A DNA stretch of 64,000 bases from Patescibacteria group bacterium. GTDB taxonomy: Bacteria; Patescibacteriota; Minisyncoccia; Phycocordibacterales; BOKC01. Positions 56,065-64,000 of this stretch are shown in pieces. The translations under genes were made by a program, and so were the position numbers. The stretch's first letter is position 1, and the number at the start of each line of letters is the position of its first letter. A model generated the notes under the pieces. The model saw only the letters and a program-made list of their open reading frames with translations, did no database searches and was not told where the DNA came from. The stretch covers positions 389,640 to 453,639 of the forward strand of contig JBBTWE010000001.1 in assembly GCA_038062955.1 (NCBI GenBank). The letters run 5' to 3'.

Positions 56065-57036
56065 CTAGACTATATTCGGTGGAGTCTTTCCGTCAAAATA
56101 AGCAATCAAATTTAATGCTGCGATTTCTGACATTTTGGCACGAGTCTCAATTGTGGCCGAAGCAATGTGTGGAGTAAGAATTACGTTTGGAAGTTTTGCG
56201 AGATCCTTGTAAACCTTTGGCTCATTCTCAAATACATCAAGTGCCGCTCCCCTAATCACTCCGTCTCGGAGAGCCTCAAAAAGAGCTTTTTCATCAATGA
56301 CTGGTCCGCGTGAAGTGTTAACAAGATATGCCGTCCTTTTCATCTTTGACAAACGTTCTTTATTTATCAAATGTTTTGTCGAATCTAAGAGAGGAACATG
56401 TACCGAAACAAAATCAGAAACAGAGAGAAGCTCTTCTGGAGAAGAATAATATTTAGCGCCACATTCTTTTTCAAAGTCCGCATTGGGAGCAATATCGTAA
56501 TAGACAATTTTCATATCAAATCCTTGACTTGCATGATGAGCAACTCGACTACCAATCCTTCCCGCCCCCAAGATTCCCAAAGTTTTGCCTTTTAAATCAT
56601 TACCAAGCATGAGTTCTGGTGCCCAGCCAACATATTTTCCATCTCGCACAAAATTATCAGCTTCAACTAAGCGGGTTGCGATTGCTATGAGCAGAGCAAA
56701 AGTATGTTCAGCAACGGTGTCAGTCAAAACCCCCGGAGTATTAGTGACGGTTATTCCCCTCTTTTTTGCTTCGGTTACATCAATGTTATTGAAACCCACA
56801 GCATAATTGGCAAAAATTTTAGCAGACGGAACCGCATCGTATGTTTCAGAATTTATATTGTCTGTAAGTAAGCACAAAACACCATCATATGGTTTGCGTT
56901 TAAGTTCTTTTATTAACTCCTTGGAGGACAAAACTTTATCTTTTGAACTAATATCCACTTCATAACCCTTATTCTTTAAAAGAGTAATTCCCGCTTCTGG
57001 AATCTTTCTAGTTACATATATTTTTTTACCTGCCAT
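56065..57036 (-). CDS. D-isomer-specific 2-hydroxyacid dehydrogenase (glyoxylate/hydroxypyruvate reductase-like)
   Basis: NAD-binding GILGAGRIGSRVA; catalytic R/E/H region. Confidence 0.88.
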   Translation of the reverse strand: MAGKKIYVTRKIPEAGITLLKNKGYEVDISSKDKVLSSKELIKELKRKPYDGVLCLLTDNINSETYDAVPSAKIFANYAVGFNNIDVTEAKKRGITVTNTPGVLTDTVAEHTFALLIAIATRLVEADNFVRDGKYVGWAPELMLGNDLKGKTLGILGAGRIGSRVAHHASQGFDMKIVYYDIAPNADFEKECGAKYYSSPEELLSVSDFVSVHVPLLDSTKHLINKERLSKMKRTAYLVNTSRGPVIDEKALFEALRDGVIRGAALDVFENEPKVYKDLAKLPNVILTPHIASATIETRAKMSEIAALNLIAYFDGKTPPNIV

Positions 57037-57042
57037 AGTTTT

Positions 57043-57930
57043 TTAAAGATTATTAAATAATTTAAGCCGATCAGAGACGACTTTTTCCATAGCAATAAGA
57101 GATGGTTTTAAGAACTTGTAAGGAGCGATTTCATCAGGATTTTCTCCAAGTGTAATCTTGAGAGACTGTCTGTAAGCCAAGCGAACTTCTGTATTTATAT
57201 GAACAATAGATATTCCTGATTTTATTGCTTCCACGAAATCTTCGTCAGATGTTCCAGACCCACCGTGCAAAACTAAAGGCACTCCTGCGGCTTTTCTGAT
57301 GAGATTTATTCTTTCCGTATCAATTTTTGGATCATGCCCTCCGCGCAACATCCCATGAATATTACCAACTGCCGGTGCCAAAAGATCTATTCCGGTACTT
57401 TTCACAAATTCCGCAGCAACTTCGGGTTTGGTCAGAAATTCCGCGTCGAGTCGCACCCCTTCTGGAATGCCGTCTAAAATTTTGGATGATTGTCCGATAT
57501 TGCCCAGTTCGGCTTCTACGATAATTTCGAGATCCACTGATCTAGCATATTCAACGCACGCCTTGGTGATTTTAGTATTTTCTTCTAGTGTAATTTGCGC
57601 GCCGTCAAAAATAACAGCATCAAAACCGGCATCTACTGCTTCTTTCACCCCTTCAAACGAATAAGTGTGATCCGCATTCAAAAAAATCGGGTAAGGTTCA
57701 TTGGAATTATTTGGATCCTTGTATTCTTTTCTTAAACTTTTTACTATCGCGGCAATCTGCCTTACACCAATAAATTTTCTCTCTCCTTCCGAAACACCGA
57801 TAATGATGGGTAATTTTAACTTATAAGCAGCATTAAAAACCGCCCACAAAGCTGTTGAGTCCGAAACATTGAAATGACCGATTGCCACTTTCTTCTCCTC
57901 CGCAATCTTTATATAATCTCGAAGATTCAT
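57043..57930 (-). CDS. fba: Class II fructose-bisphosphate aldolase
   Basis: IGHFNVSD, LNADHTYSFEG, VLHGGSGTSDEDF zinc-aldolase motifs. Confidence 0.9.
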   Translation of the reverse strand: MNLRDYIKIAEEKKVAIGHFNVSDSTALWAVFNAAYKLKLPIIIGVSEGERKFIGVRQIAAIVKSLRKEYKDPNNSNEPYPIFLNADHTYSFEGVKEAVDAGFDAVIFDGAQITLEENTKITKACVEYARSVDLEIIVEAELGNIGQSSKILDGIPEGVRLDAEFLTKPEVAAEFVKSTGIDLLAPAVGNIHGMLRGGHDPKIDTERINLIRKAAGVPLVLHGGSGTSDEDFVEAIKSGISIVHINTEVRLAYRQSLKITLGENPDEIAPYKFLKPSLIAMEKVVSDRLKLFNNL

Positions 57931-58027
57931 CTGACTATTTTAACACAAATTCAGATGGAACTAGTAAAATATGATAAAATACTGGGAACAGTTTCAAAAT
58001 ATTGGATTTAACTTTAAATTGACTCAA

Positions 58028-59029
58028 ATGGCAAAACAAATTGATTTCTTAGCAATTGGAGACATCACGACCGACGCATTCATTAGAATTAAAGACGCAT
58101 CGGTTAGTTGCGATGAAAATAAAGAGAATTGCAAACTCTGCGTTTCGTTCGGCGAAAAGATTCCTTATGAATTTGTAAAAGTGGTAAAAGCGGTTGGCAA
58201 CAGTTCAAATGCCGCGGTTTGCGCAAGCCGACTCGGGCTCTCCTCTGGTTTAGTGACTGATATTGGTGGTGATCTAAATGGAAAAGAGTGTTTGGGAGTT
58301 TTAAAAAAAGAGGGGGTAGTTACAAAATATGTTAGAGTCCACAAAGAAATGGAGACAAATTACCATTATGTTTTATGGTACGAAGCAGAGAGAACTATCC
58401 TGATTAAACATCAAGAATATCCATATTCTTTACCAAAGATTAAACAGGCTCCAAAATGGATTTACTTCAGTTCTGTCGCACCAAACTCCATCGACTATCA
58501 TCATGAGATAGCCGACTACGTAAGAAATAATAAAGAAACAACAAAACTGGTGTTTCAGCCAGGAACTTTTCAAATAAAATTAGGTGCTGAAAAATTAAAA
58601 GATCTTTATGAGTTAACAGAAATCTTTTTCTGTAATGTTGAGGAGGCTAAGAAAATTACAGGTCAAGAAAATTCAGAGATAAAGGCTCTCCTTGATGGTA
58701 TCCGCAAGCTCGGACCAAAAATCGTAGTGATTACCGACGGGCCAAAAGGAGCTTATTCCTATGATGGTAAAGAAATTTGGTTTATGCCAATGTATCCAGA
58801 TCCAAAAGCGCCAGTATCGAGAACCGGCGCAGGTGACGCTTTTTCTTCAACATTCACTATTGCACTCGCACTTGGTAAATCTATACCTGAAGCTCTAAGT
58901 TGGGGACCAATTAACTCAATGTCAGTAGTGCAATATGTCGGCGCCCAAGAAGGATTACTAAAAAGAGAAAAATTGGAAGAATTTCTAAAAAACGCTCCAG
59001 AAAATTATAAGCCTCAAAAAATCAGCTAA
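58028..59029 (+). CDS. PfkB-family carbohydrate kinase
   Basis: N-terminal IDFLAIGDITTD and C-terminal TGAGDAFSS motifs; start at MAKQID. Confidence 0.85.
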   Translation: MAKQIDFLAIGDITTDAFIRIKDASVSCDENKENCKLCVSFGEKIPYEFVKVVKAVGNSSNAAVCASRLGLSSGLVTDIGGDLNGKECLGVLKKEGVVTKYVRVHKEMETNYHYVLWYEAERTILIKHQEYPYSLPKIKQAPKWIYFSSVAPNSIDYHHEIADYVRNNKETTKLVFQPGTFQIKLGAEKLKDLYELTEIFFCNVEEAKKITGQENSEIKALLDGIRKLGPKIVVITDGPKGAYSYDGKEIWFMPMYPDPKAPVSRTGAGDAFSSTFTIALALGKSIPEALSWGPINSMSVVQYVGAQEGLLKREKLEEFLKNAPENYKPQKIS

Positions 59030-59056
59030 TTACCTCCTTCTCCTCGCGTTCACTTA

Positions 59057-60166
59057 TCACTTAATTTCTAATTCGAGTGCCGGTTTTTCGCTAACTTCTA
59101 AAACACTGAAAGAAACACGCCCTATTGTTTGACCTTTGGGAGTTTTTACATTAACCCTCCATTCTCCGGGAGTAATATTTGTTTTTACAGAATATCCGCG
59201 ATAACCTTCGGGCCGGCCACCCATGACTGGAAAATAAACCGAGTTTAAAGTTTTCCATTTTTTTGTCTCACCGTCTTTATATTGCCACTCGTGGACAATA
59301 TCCATATTAAGTTCGGCTGGGGCAAAGACCGAACTAAACAAATAGACCGACTCTTGTGAAGAAGTAACGTGATACTCTACTTTTGGAAAGAAAAAATCAT
59401 GCCACAATTTTTTCTCAACCAAAGCATTATAATCTCCTGAATTTGTTCTCTCTATGAAATGATAAACCCCCGCATCTTTGAGAGAGAGAGGAAAAGGTGG
59501 AATTACATTGGTGAAATAAAAAACATTAATAAGGACAAACACCGAGGCTATACTGACTGATATAGATTTTATTTTCTCTCTAATCTGTGGAAATTTTATT
59601 TGAACCAAATAGATAAAAATGGCAATGATTATCAAACTTATTATTCCACTTGAGAAAAAAACGAGTGAACCTAGACGATGTGTTACATATGGAGCCGCAA
59701 GTAAAATGAAGGAAAAAATCGCAAAAAAATAAACACTCAAAACAAATATTGGCCTGCTATAATATTTTTTAAAAATCTCATTGGATATCATGAGCAAAAC
59801 CAGAACAAGAATAAATGGCCAGCTTGCACGAAGCGAACCACTATAAGAATAGAAGATCACCGAGGCACTAAAAACTGAACCCAAGGCATACTGCAAAATA
59901 AGCGGCGAAAAAACTCGCAAGAAAGAAAGAAAACGATTCCGAATGAGTCCAAGCTCAAAAAAAATCAAAAAAATGCTCCCACCAGCCAAAAATAACTGAA
60001 TTAAAAGTATAAAGAGAGCGGTCTCAAATTTAACCAGACGAAATGTTGCGATATCAGAAATAAAACCCAAAACCAAAGCCGCGGGCATCAAATATCTCTC
60101 GTACCGGGCATACAAATATTTGATCTTGGTAATTCCCAGATAATTAGAAATATGTTCTATAGACAT
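59057..60166 (-). CDS. Hypothetical polytopic membrane protein with a C-terminal extracytoplasmic domain
   Basis: About 7 predicted TM helices, then a ~150-aa soluble C-terminus. Confidence 0.6.
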   Translation of the reverse strand: MSIEHISNYLGITKIKYLYARYERYLMPAALVLGFISDIATFRLVKFETALFILLIQLFLAGGSIFLIFFELGLIRNRFLSFLRVFSPLILQYALGSVFSASVIFYSYSGSLRASWPFILVLVLLMISNEIFKKYYSRPIFVLSVYFFAIFSFILLAAPYVTHRLGSLVFFSSGIISLIIIAIFIYLVQIKFPQIREKIKSISVSIASVFVLINVFYFTNVIPPFPLSLKDAGVYHFIERTNSGDYNALVEKKLWHDFFFPKVEYHVTSSQESVYLFSSVFAPAELNMDIVHEWQYKDGETKKWKTLNSVYFPVMGGRPEGYRGYSVKTNITPGEWRVNVKTPKGQTIGRVSFSVLEVSEKPALELEIK

Positions 60167-60187
60167 GATTTAGTAGACGCTAGACTT

Positions 60188-61186
60188 CTACTTATCCTTC
60201 CGTCTCGCACTCACTTTCTTAACCGCTTTCACAATATCCACAACTTCCATTCCGTAATAAGCAAGAAGTTCTTCTGGAGTTCCAGACTGACCAAATTTAT
60301 CATCAACACCAACAAATTCCATCGGTACAGGCTGATTTTTTGCCAAACATTCCGCAACAGCGCTTCCCATTCCACCCCTTATTTGATGTTCTTCAACGGT
60401 GACAATTACCCCAGTTTCTTTTGCAAGCTCCACTACCGCTTCTTCATCAAGCGGTTTAATGGTTGCTAGGTTTAAAACTTTTACACTTATCCCTTCATCT
60501 CCCAACTGTTTGGCCGCAACAATTGCTTTATGAACCAAAGCGCCAGTTGCAATAATGCCGACTTCTGGATTTTTCCCGGCGAAAAATATTTGTGCTTTGC
60601 CGATTTGGAAAGGAGTTTCCTCGGTCGTCATAACTGGAGTTTTTTCCCTGGCAAGTCTTATATAAACTGGTGTGCTTGTTTTAGCCGCCTCGAGTGTAGC
60701 TTTTTTAGCTTCAATAGAGTCGCATGGCGAAATCACGACCATTTTAGGAATGACTCTCATAATAGCGATATCTTCTATAGCTTGGTGAGTGCCACCGTCA
60801 GGGCCAACTGAAATACCGGCATGAGAACCAGCAATTTTTACTGGTCTGTCGTTATAACAAATCGTCGTTCTAATTTGTTCCCAGTTTCTTCCTGGAGAAA
60901 ACATCGCGTAGGAAGTGATGAAAGGAATTTTTCCCATAGCAGCCATACCACTTGCAACTGTCGCCAAATTTTGTTCAGCCACTCCAATTTCTACGAATCT
61001 CTCTGGAAACTTTTTTTTGAAAAGATGCATTTGGGTTGATTCGGTAAGGTCAGCACAAAGACCAACAACCCGCGAATCTGCTTCCCCAGCAGCTAGAAGT
61101 CCTTCTCCAAATCCTTTGCGGATTGGAACTTGCTCGACATCCTTATCAAAAATTTTAGGATTTAGTTTTGCTTCTTTTTTTATCAT
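60188..61186 (-). CDS. tkt: Transketolase, C-terminal subunit (pyrimidine-binding plus C-terminal domains) of a split enzyme
   Basis: FVEIGVAEQNLATVASGMA, GSHAGISVGPDGGTHQAIEDIAIMR. Confidence 0.9.
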   Translation of the reverse strand: MIKKEAKLNPKIFDKDVEQVPIRKGFGEGLLAAGEADSRVVGLCADLTESTQMHLFKKKFPERFVEIGVAEQNLATVASGMAAMGKIPFITSYAMFSPGRNWEQIRTTICYNDRPVKIAGSHAGISVGPDGGTHQAIEDIAIMRVIPKMVVISPCDSIEAKKATLEAAKTSTPVYIRLAREKTPVMTTEETPFQIGKAQIFFAGKNPEVGIIATGALVHKAIVAAKQLGDEGISVKVLNLATIKPLDEEAVVELAKETGVIVTVEEHQIRGGMGSAVAECLAKNQPVPMEFVGVDDKFGQSGTPEELLAYYGMEVVDIVKAVKKVSARRKDK

Positions 61187-61233
61187 ATTTCTATTTATTT
61201 TATATCAGAGCGAACTTTTTTTAATTAGAGCGA

Positions 61234-61326
61234 AATGTCTGCCTTTAAAAACATTGCGGAGAAGCTTGGCTTCGAGCATAGTAAAAATTTAGCAAAATTT
61301 TATACGCGTTTTTAAAGGCAGACATT
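61234..61326. repeat. Repeat family 4 copy between the two transketolase subunit genes, with a 19-bp perfect outer inverted repeat (aatgtctgcctttaaaaac / gtttttaaaggcagacatt)
   Basis: Core is homologous to 33793-33854. Confidence 0.5.
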
Positions 61327-61336
61327 GAGCGACCCC

Positions 61337-62239
61337 TCATTGATGCTCTGACTTAATCTTCCCTTGAAGTGTTCGCAATTCTTCAAGAGCAATTCTTACC
61401 TGATCCTCTTTTGGCGGATCTCCCGGTACATCTTTCTTCCCAAGTGGATCACCATGCCAACGATAATCACGCTCTGCAAATGACACTCCTTTTCCGGCAA
61501 TTGTATGAGCAATAATAACTGTCGGTTTATTGAAAATTGTCTTCGCTTCCTCTACTGCGTTTACAATTTCTTCAAAGTTATGACCGTCAATTTCAAGTAC
61601 GTGCCAATTCCAAGCTTCCCATTTCGCCCTTAGGGGCTCAAGCGGCATGATGTCTTCTGTTACACCATCTATCTGAATATTATTTCGATCAATTATTCCA
61701 ATTAAATTATAAAGTTTTTCTTTACCAGCAAGCATCGCTCCTTCCCAAATATTTCCAGTGTCCAATTCACCATCACTCATGAGGCAATAAAAAAACTTTC
61801 CTGAAGAATTTCCATTATCTATTCTGTCAGCTAAGGCCATACCAACAGTTTGGGAAAGTCCCGAACCAAGGGGGCCAGAACTTGTCTCAAGAGATTTCAG
61901 ATACTCTCTATGAGGATGTCCTTGAAGTCGGCTACCAAATTTTCGAAGGGTTGCAAGTTCTTTTAGTGGAAAATACCCCGCATGCCCCATGGCCGCGTAA
62001 AGTACTGGACAAATGTGGCCATTCGAGAGTACTACTCGATCCCTTCCATCCCAGTCTGGTTTTTTCGGATCGTGTCTAAGTAAATGAAAATAAAGAGCAG
62101 TAAAAATGTCAGCCATACCAAGAGGACCGGCTGTGTGTCCAGACCCAGCCTCAAGCAACATTTCAATTATTGACTGTCTTATTTGATTGGCCACAAGAGC
62201 CAATTCATTCTTTTTTTCGTCTGTAAGTTTTCGAGACAT
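61337..62239 (-). CDS. tkt: Transketolase, N-terminal (thiamine-diphosphate-binding) subunit
   Basis: GSGHTAGPLGMADIFTALYF, GHICPVLYAAMGHAGY, TPP-binding GDG...N motif. Confidence 0.9.
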   Translation of the reverse strand: MSRKLTDEKKNELALVANQIRQSIIEMLLEAGSGHTAGPLGMADIFTALYFHLLRHDPKKPDWDGRDRVVLSNGHICPVLYAAMGHAGYFPLKELATLRKFGSRLQGHPHREYLKSLETSSGPLGSGLSQTVGMALADRIDNGNSSGKFFYCLMSDGELDTGNIWEGAMLAGKEKLYNLIGIIDRNNIQIDGVTEDIMPLEPLRAKWEAWNWHVLEIDGHNFEEIVNAVEEAKTIFNKPTVIIAHTIAGKGVSFAERDYRWHGDPLGKKDVPGDPPKEDQVRIALEELRTLQGKIKSEHQ

Positions 62240-62243
62240 TTTA

Positions 62244-62564
62244 TTATTTATTTTTTATACCCACCTTATGTTCAATATTTTCAACACGGATTGACAGGAT
62301 TTTAATCTCTTCTCTTGTCGCGCGATTCAAAGCAAGATCATCTATTCTGTTGCTTAAGCCATTTATTTTTCCAGAAATTTTTTCGTCTAGATCGTTTATC
62401 TTTCCAGAAAGTTTCTCGTCTAAGTCTATGATCTGATTGGAAAGTTTCGTGTCCAAATCCGTGATCATCCCTTCAAACTTTTTATCTGAATTGCCAAAAC
62501 CTCTCGCAATCATTTGGGCAAGATCTTCGGTAGAAACTTTCTTTTTTATCTTTTTCTGAATCAT
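62244..62564 (-). CDS. Small coiled-coil protein with internal repeats (DLD.KLS..I.DLDEK.SGKIN)
   Basis: 106-aa frame, 4 bp from the rpe stop; repeats seen by eye; no known motif. Confidence 0.5.
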   Translation of the reverse strand: MIQKKIKKKVSTEDLAQMIARGFGNSDKKFEGMITDLDTKLSNQIIDLDEKLSGKINDLDEKISGKINGLSNRIDDLALNRATREEIKILSIRVENIEHKVGIKNK

Positions 62565-62567
62565 GAT

Positions 62568-63290
62568 CTACAGATTTTTAAATTGTTCTATCGTAGACAT
62601 TATATCATTGCTCTTAAATATTGCTGATCCTGACACGAGCCTATTAGCTCCCGCTTTCACTAGTAGGGGCGCAGTATCTAAATTAACTCCACCATCCACA
62701 CTTATCTGCACCTTGGTATATTGATTTTTAAAATCTTTTATTTTTTGTAAAACTCTTTCGTCGAAAGGTTGTCCTTGAAAACCGATTTTTTCAATTCCCA
62801 TGAACTGAACAAAATCAATATTTTCCAAGTGCGGGTAAATTCTGTCATTAGGAGTATTTATATCGATAGCCAAACCAACCTCAACATACAAAACCGATTC
62901 TTTGGAAACCAACTTCTGTTTGCAGTCTTGTAGGAGTTCTTTAAGCTTTTCTGTAGATTCATAATGGAAAATTATCCTCTTCGCGCCTGCAATAATCCAG
63001 TCAAACCAAATATTCTCCGGATTCTTAACCATCAAATCGACTTCAAAATCAATTTCTTCTAGAGACGGAAATTCTTTTTCTTCTTTCTTGATTGAAATAA
63101 AATCTGGATCCTCTTGTTGATTTAAATACGGCCAAGAAGCTTCGGGAGTAAATTTCCCATCCATAATATCAATTTGAGCCAGAGGAACGAGACCTGTGAC
63201 AGACTGAAGACCCCTTTCCAAATCTTTGAATGTTTTTGGGATAATTGCCGGAATGATTTCAATCATATTAGTAGAAAAAACTTGTAACAA
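62568..63290 (-). CDS. rpe: Ribulose-phosphate 3-epimerase family protein
   Basis: IIPAIIPKTF...QIDIMDGKF...VDLMV...ISVDGGVN...VSGSAIF TIM-barrel Rpe pattern. Confidence 0.85.
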   Translation of the reverse strand: MLQVFSTNMIEIIPAIIPKTFKDLERGLQSVTGLVPLAQIDIMDGKFTPEASWPYLNQQEDPDFISIKKEEKEFPSLEEIDFEVDLMVKNPENIWFDWIIAGAKRIIFHYESTEKLKELLQDCKQKLVSKESVLYVEVGLAIDINTPNDRIYPHLENIDFVQFMGIEKIGFQGQPFDERVLQKIKDFKNQYTKVQISVDGGVNLDTAPLLVKAGANRLVSGSAIFKSNDIMSTIEQFKNL

Positions 63291-63345
63291 ACGGTTATCA
63301 GCTACAACTATAACAAATCATATATCTAAAATCTTAAATTATTTT

Positions 63346-63870
63346 TTATGGATTCCAATAGCAACCGAGAGCGTCATCCTCGTGACCGAACGGAAAATCG
63401 CCGTTACTAGATTCATATTTCCCACTAATTCCGGCGCAGTAATAATCTGGTATGGATGAAGTTGTCCAAAGGGTTGCCATGATGGAATATTTGTACGGAT
63501 CATTTTCTTCATTTGCCATAAGAAATTGGGCTTCGTTAAAAGAGAGTTCTGGAGCGATACTGACTATTTTTTCACATAAAGCAATTACTTGACTGCGATA
63601 AACGCCGCCAAATCCCCCCGACAATTCTGGCAAATCACAATCACCTTCAGAGGGAATTATAAAATCTTTTTGTAAATTTGCGTAGCTTCCACTCTCTACA
63701 TATTCCAACTCTACTAATTTAGCTAATTCATCAACCTCTTGCTTGATAACGGCATTTTTTGCCTTATATCTTATATTGGTCAAGACCAACAAAACTATCG
63801 AGGCTAAAATACCAATAATGGCAATTACCACAAGAAGTTCGATTAAGCTAAATCCTCGTTTCAATTTCAT
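63346..63870 (-). CDS. Type IV pilin / pseudopilin-like protein
   Basis: Prepilin leader and N-methylation motif MKLKRG-FSLIELLVVIAIIGILA. Confidence 0.8.
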   Translation of the reverse strand: MKLKRGFSLIELLVVIAIIGILASIVLLVLTNIRYKAKNAVIKQEVDELAKLVELEYVESGSYANLQKDFIIPSEGDCDLPELSGGFGGVYRSQVIALCEKIVSIAPELSFNEAQFLMANEENDPYKYSIMATLWTTSSIPDYYCAGISGKYESSNGDFPFGHEDDALGCYWNP

Positions 63871-63900
63871 ATAAAATTCCTTATTTTCCCCCAGGGCCTA

Positions 63901-63965
63901 CCCGTAGTGAATTTTGGCATTGTTGCATTCGCAACGGGAGTTGCTATGCCAAAATCTACTACGGG
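63901..63965. repeat. Hairpin repeat family 1, copy 4, upstream of the pilin gene
   Basis: cccgtagtgaattttggcat ... atgccaaaatctactacgggg; arms carry compensatory AAAA/TTTT swaps relative to copy 3. Confidence 0.6.
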
Positions 63966-64000
63966 GCTAGCTCTATTCTACCTCATCTAGCATTTTATTT

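Noticed and set aside
5323-63965. CRISPR array, suggested by the many recurring palindromic repeats
   Set aside because: The repeats are dispersed singly in intergenic regions. They do not lie in regularly spaced direct-repeat arrays with unique spacers.

Overview
This is an AT-rich (~36% GC) bacterial chromosomal segment whose gene content resembles a reduced-genome, CPR/Patescibacteria-like organism; the taxonomic assignment is inference. The genetic code appears standard, because every stop I checked was TAA or TGA.

Most genes lie on the minus strand in housekeeping operons:
- UvrD-like helicase fused to a RecB/Cas4-like nuclease
- dnaG-rpoD
- rpoB-rpoC
- two tandem giant FN3/peptidoglycan-binding surface proteins
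- mgtE, yihY
- rpsP-KH protein-trmD
- short SMC-like protein, rnc, a NusB-Nudix fusion, rpmF, rnhB
- gyrB, pheS, tRNA-Thr(UGU)
- ParB-like protein, tsf-rpsB, prfA-rpmE, lytic transglycosylase-like protein, rplY
- 2-hydroxyacid dehydrogenase, fba, split transketolase, rpe, a type IV pilin-like protein

On the plus strand are rnr, dnaE, thrS and a pfkB-family kinase.

Two things stand out.

1. Five GC-rich islands (about 50-55% GC) sit between operons. Each has its own GC-hairpin/T-run terminator, and four of the five also have a promoter with a TTGACA-type -35 box. They encode members or remnants of one paralogous protein family of unknown function: an intact 225-aa, 163-aa and 110-aa member, one frameshifted copy and one 3' fragment.

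2. The intergenic space is packed with at least six families of small palindromic repeats.
- A CCCGTAGT-stem hairpin element abuts the ATG of three genes.
- A 20-bp GC palindrome, CCTGCCTGCCGGCAGGCAGG, is inserted in-frame into trmD and is nested inside a copy of the hairpin element.
- A twin-hairpin element shows compensatory base changes between its two copies.
- Two decayed tandem copies of tRNA-Thr lie just upstream of the intact gene.

I found no rRNA genes, CRISPR arrays or recognisable transposase or integrase genes.
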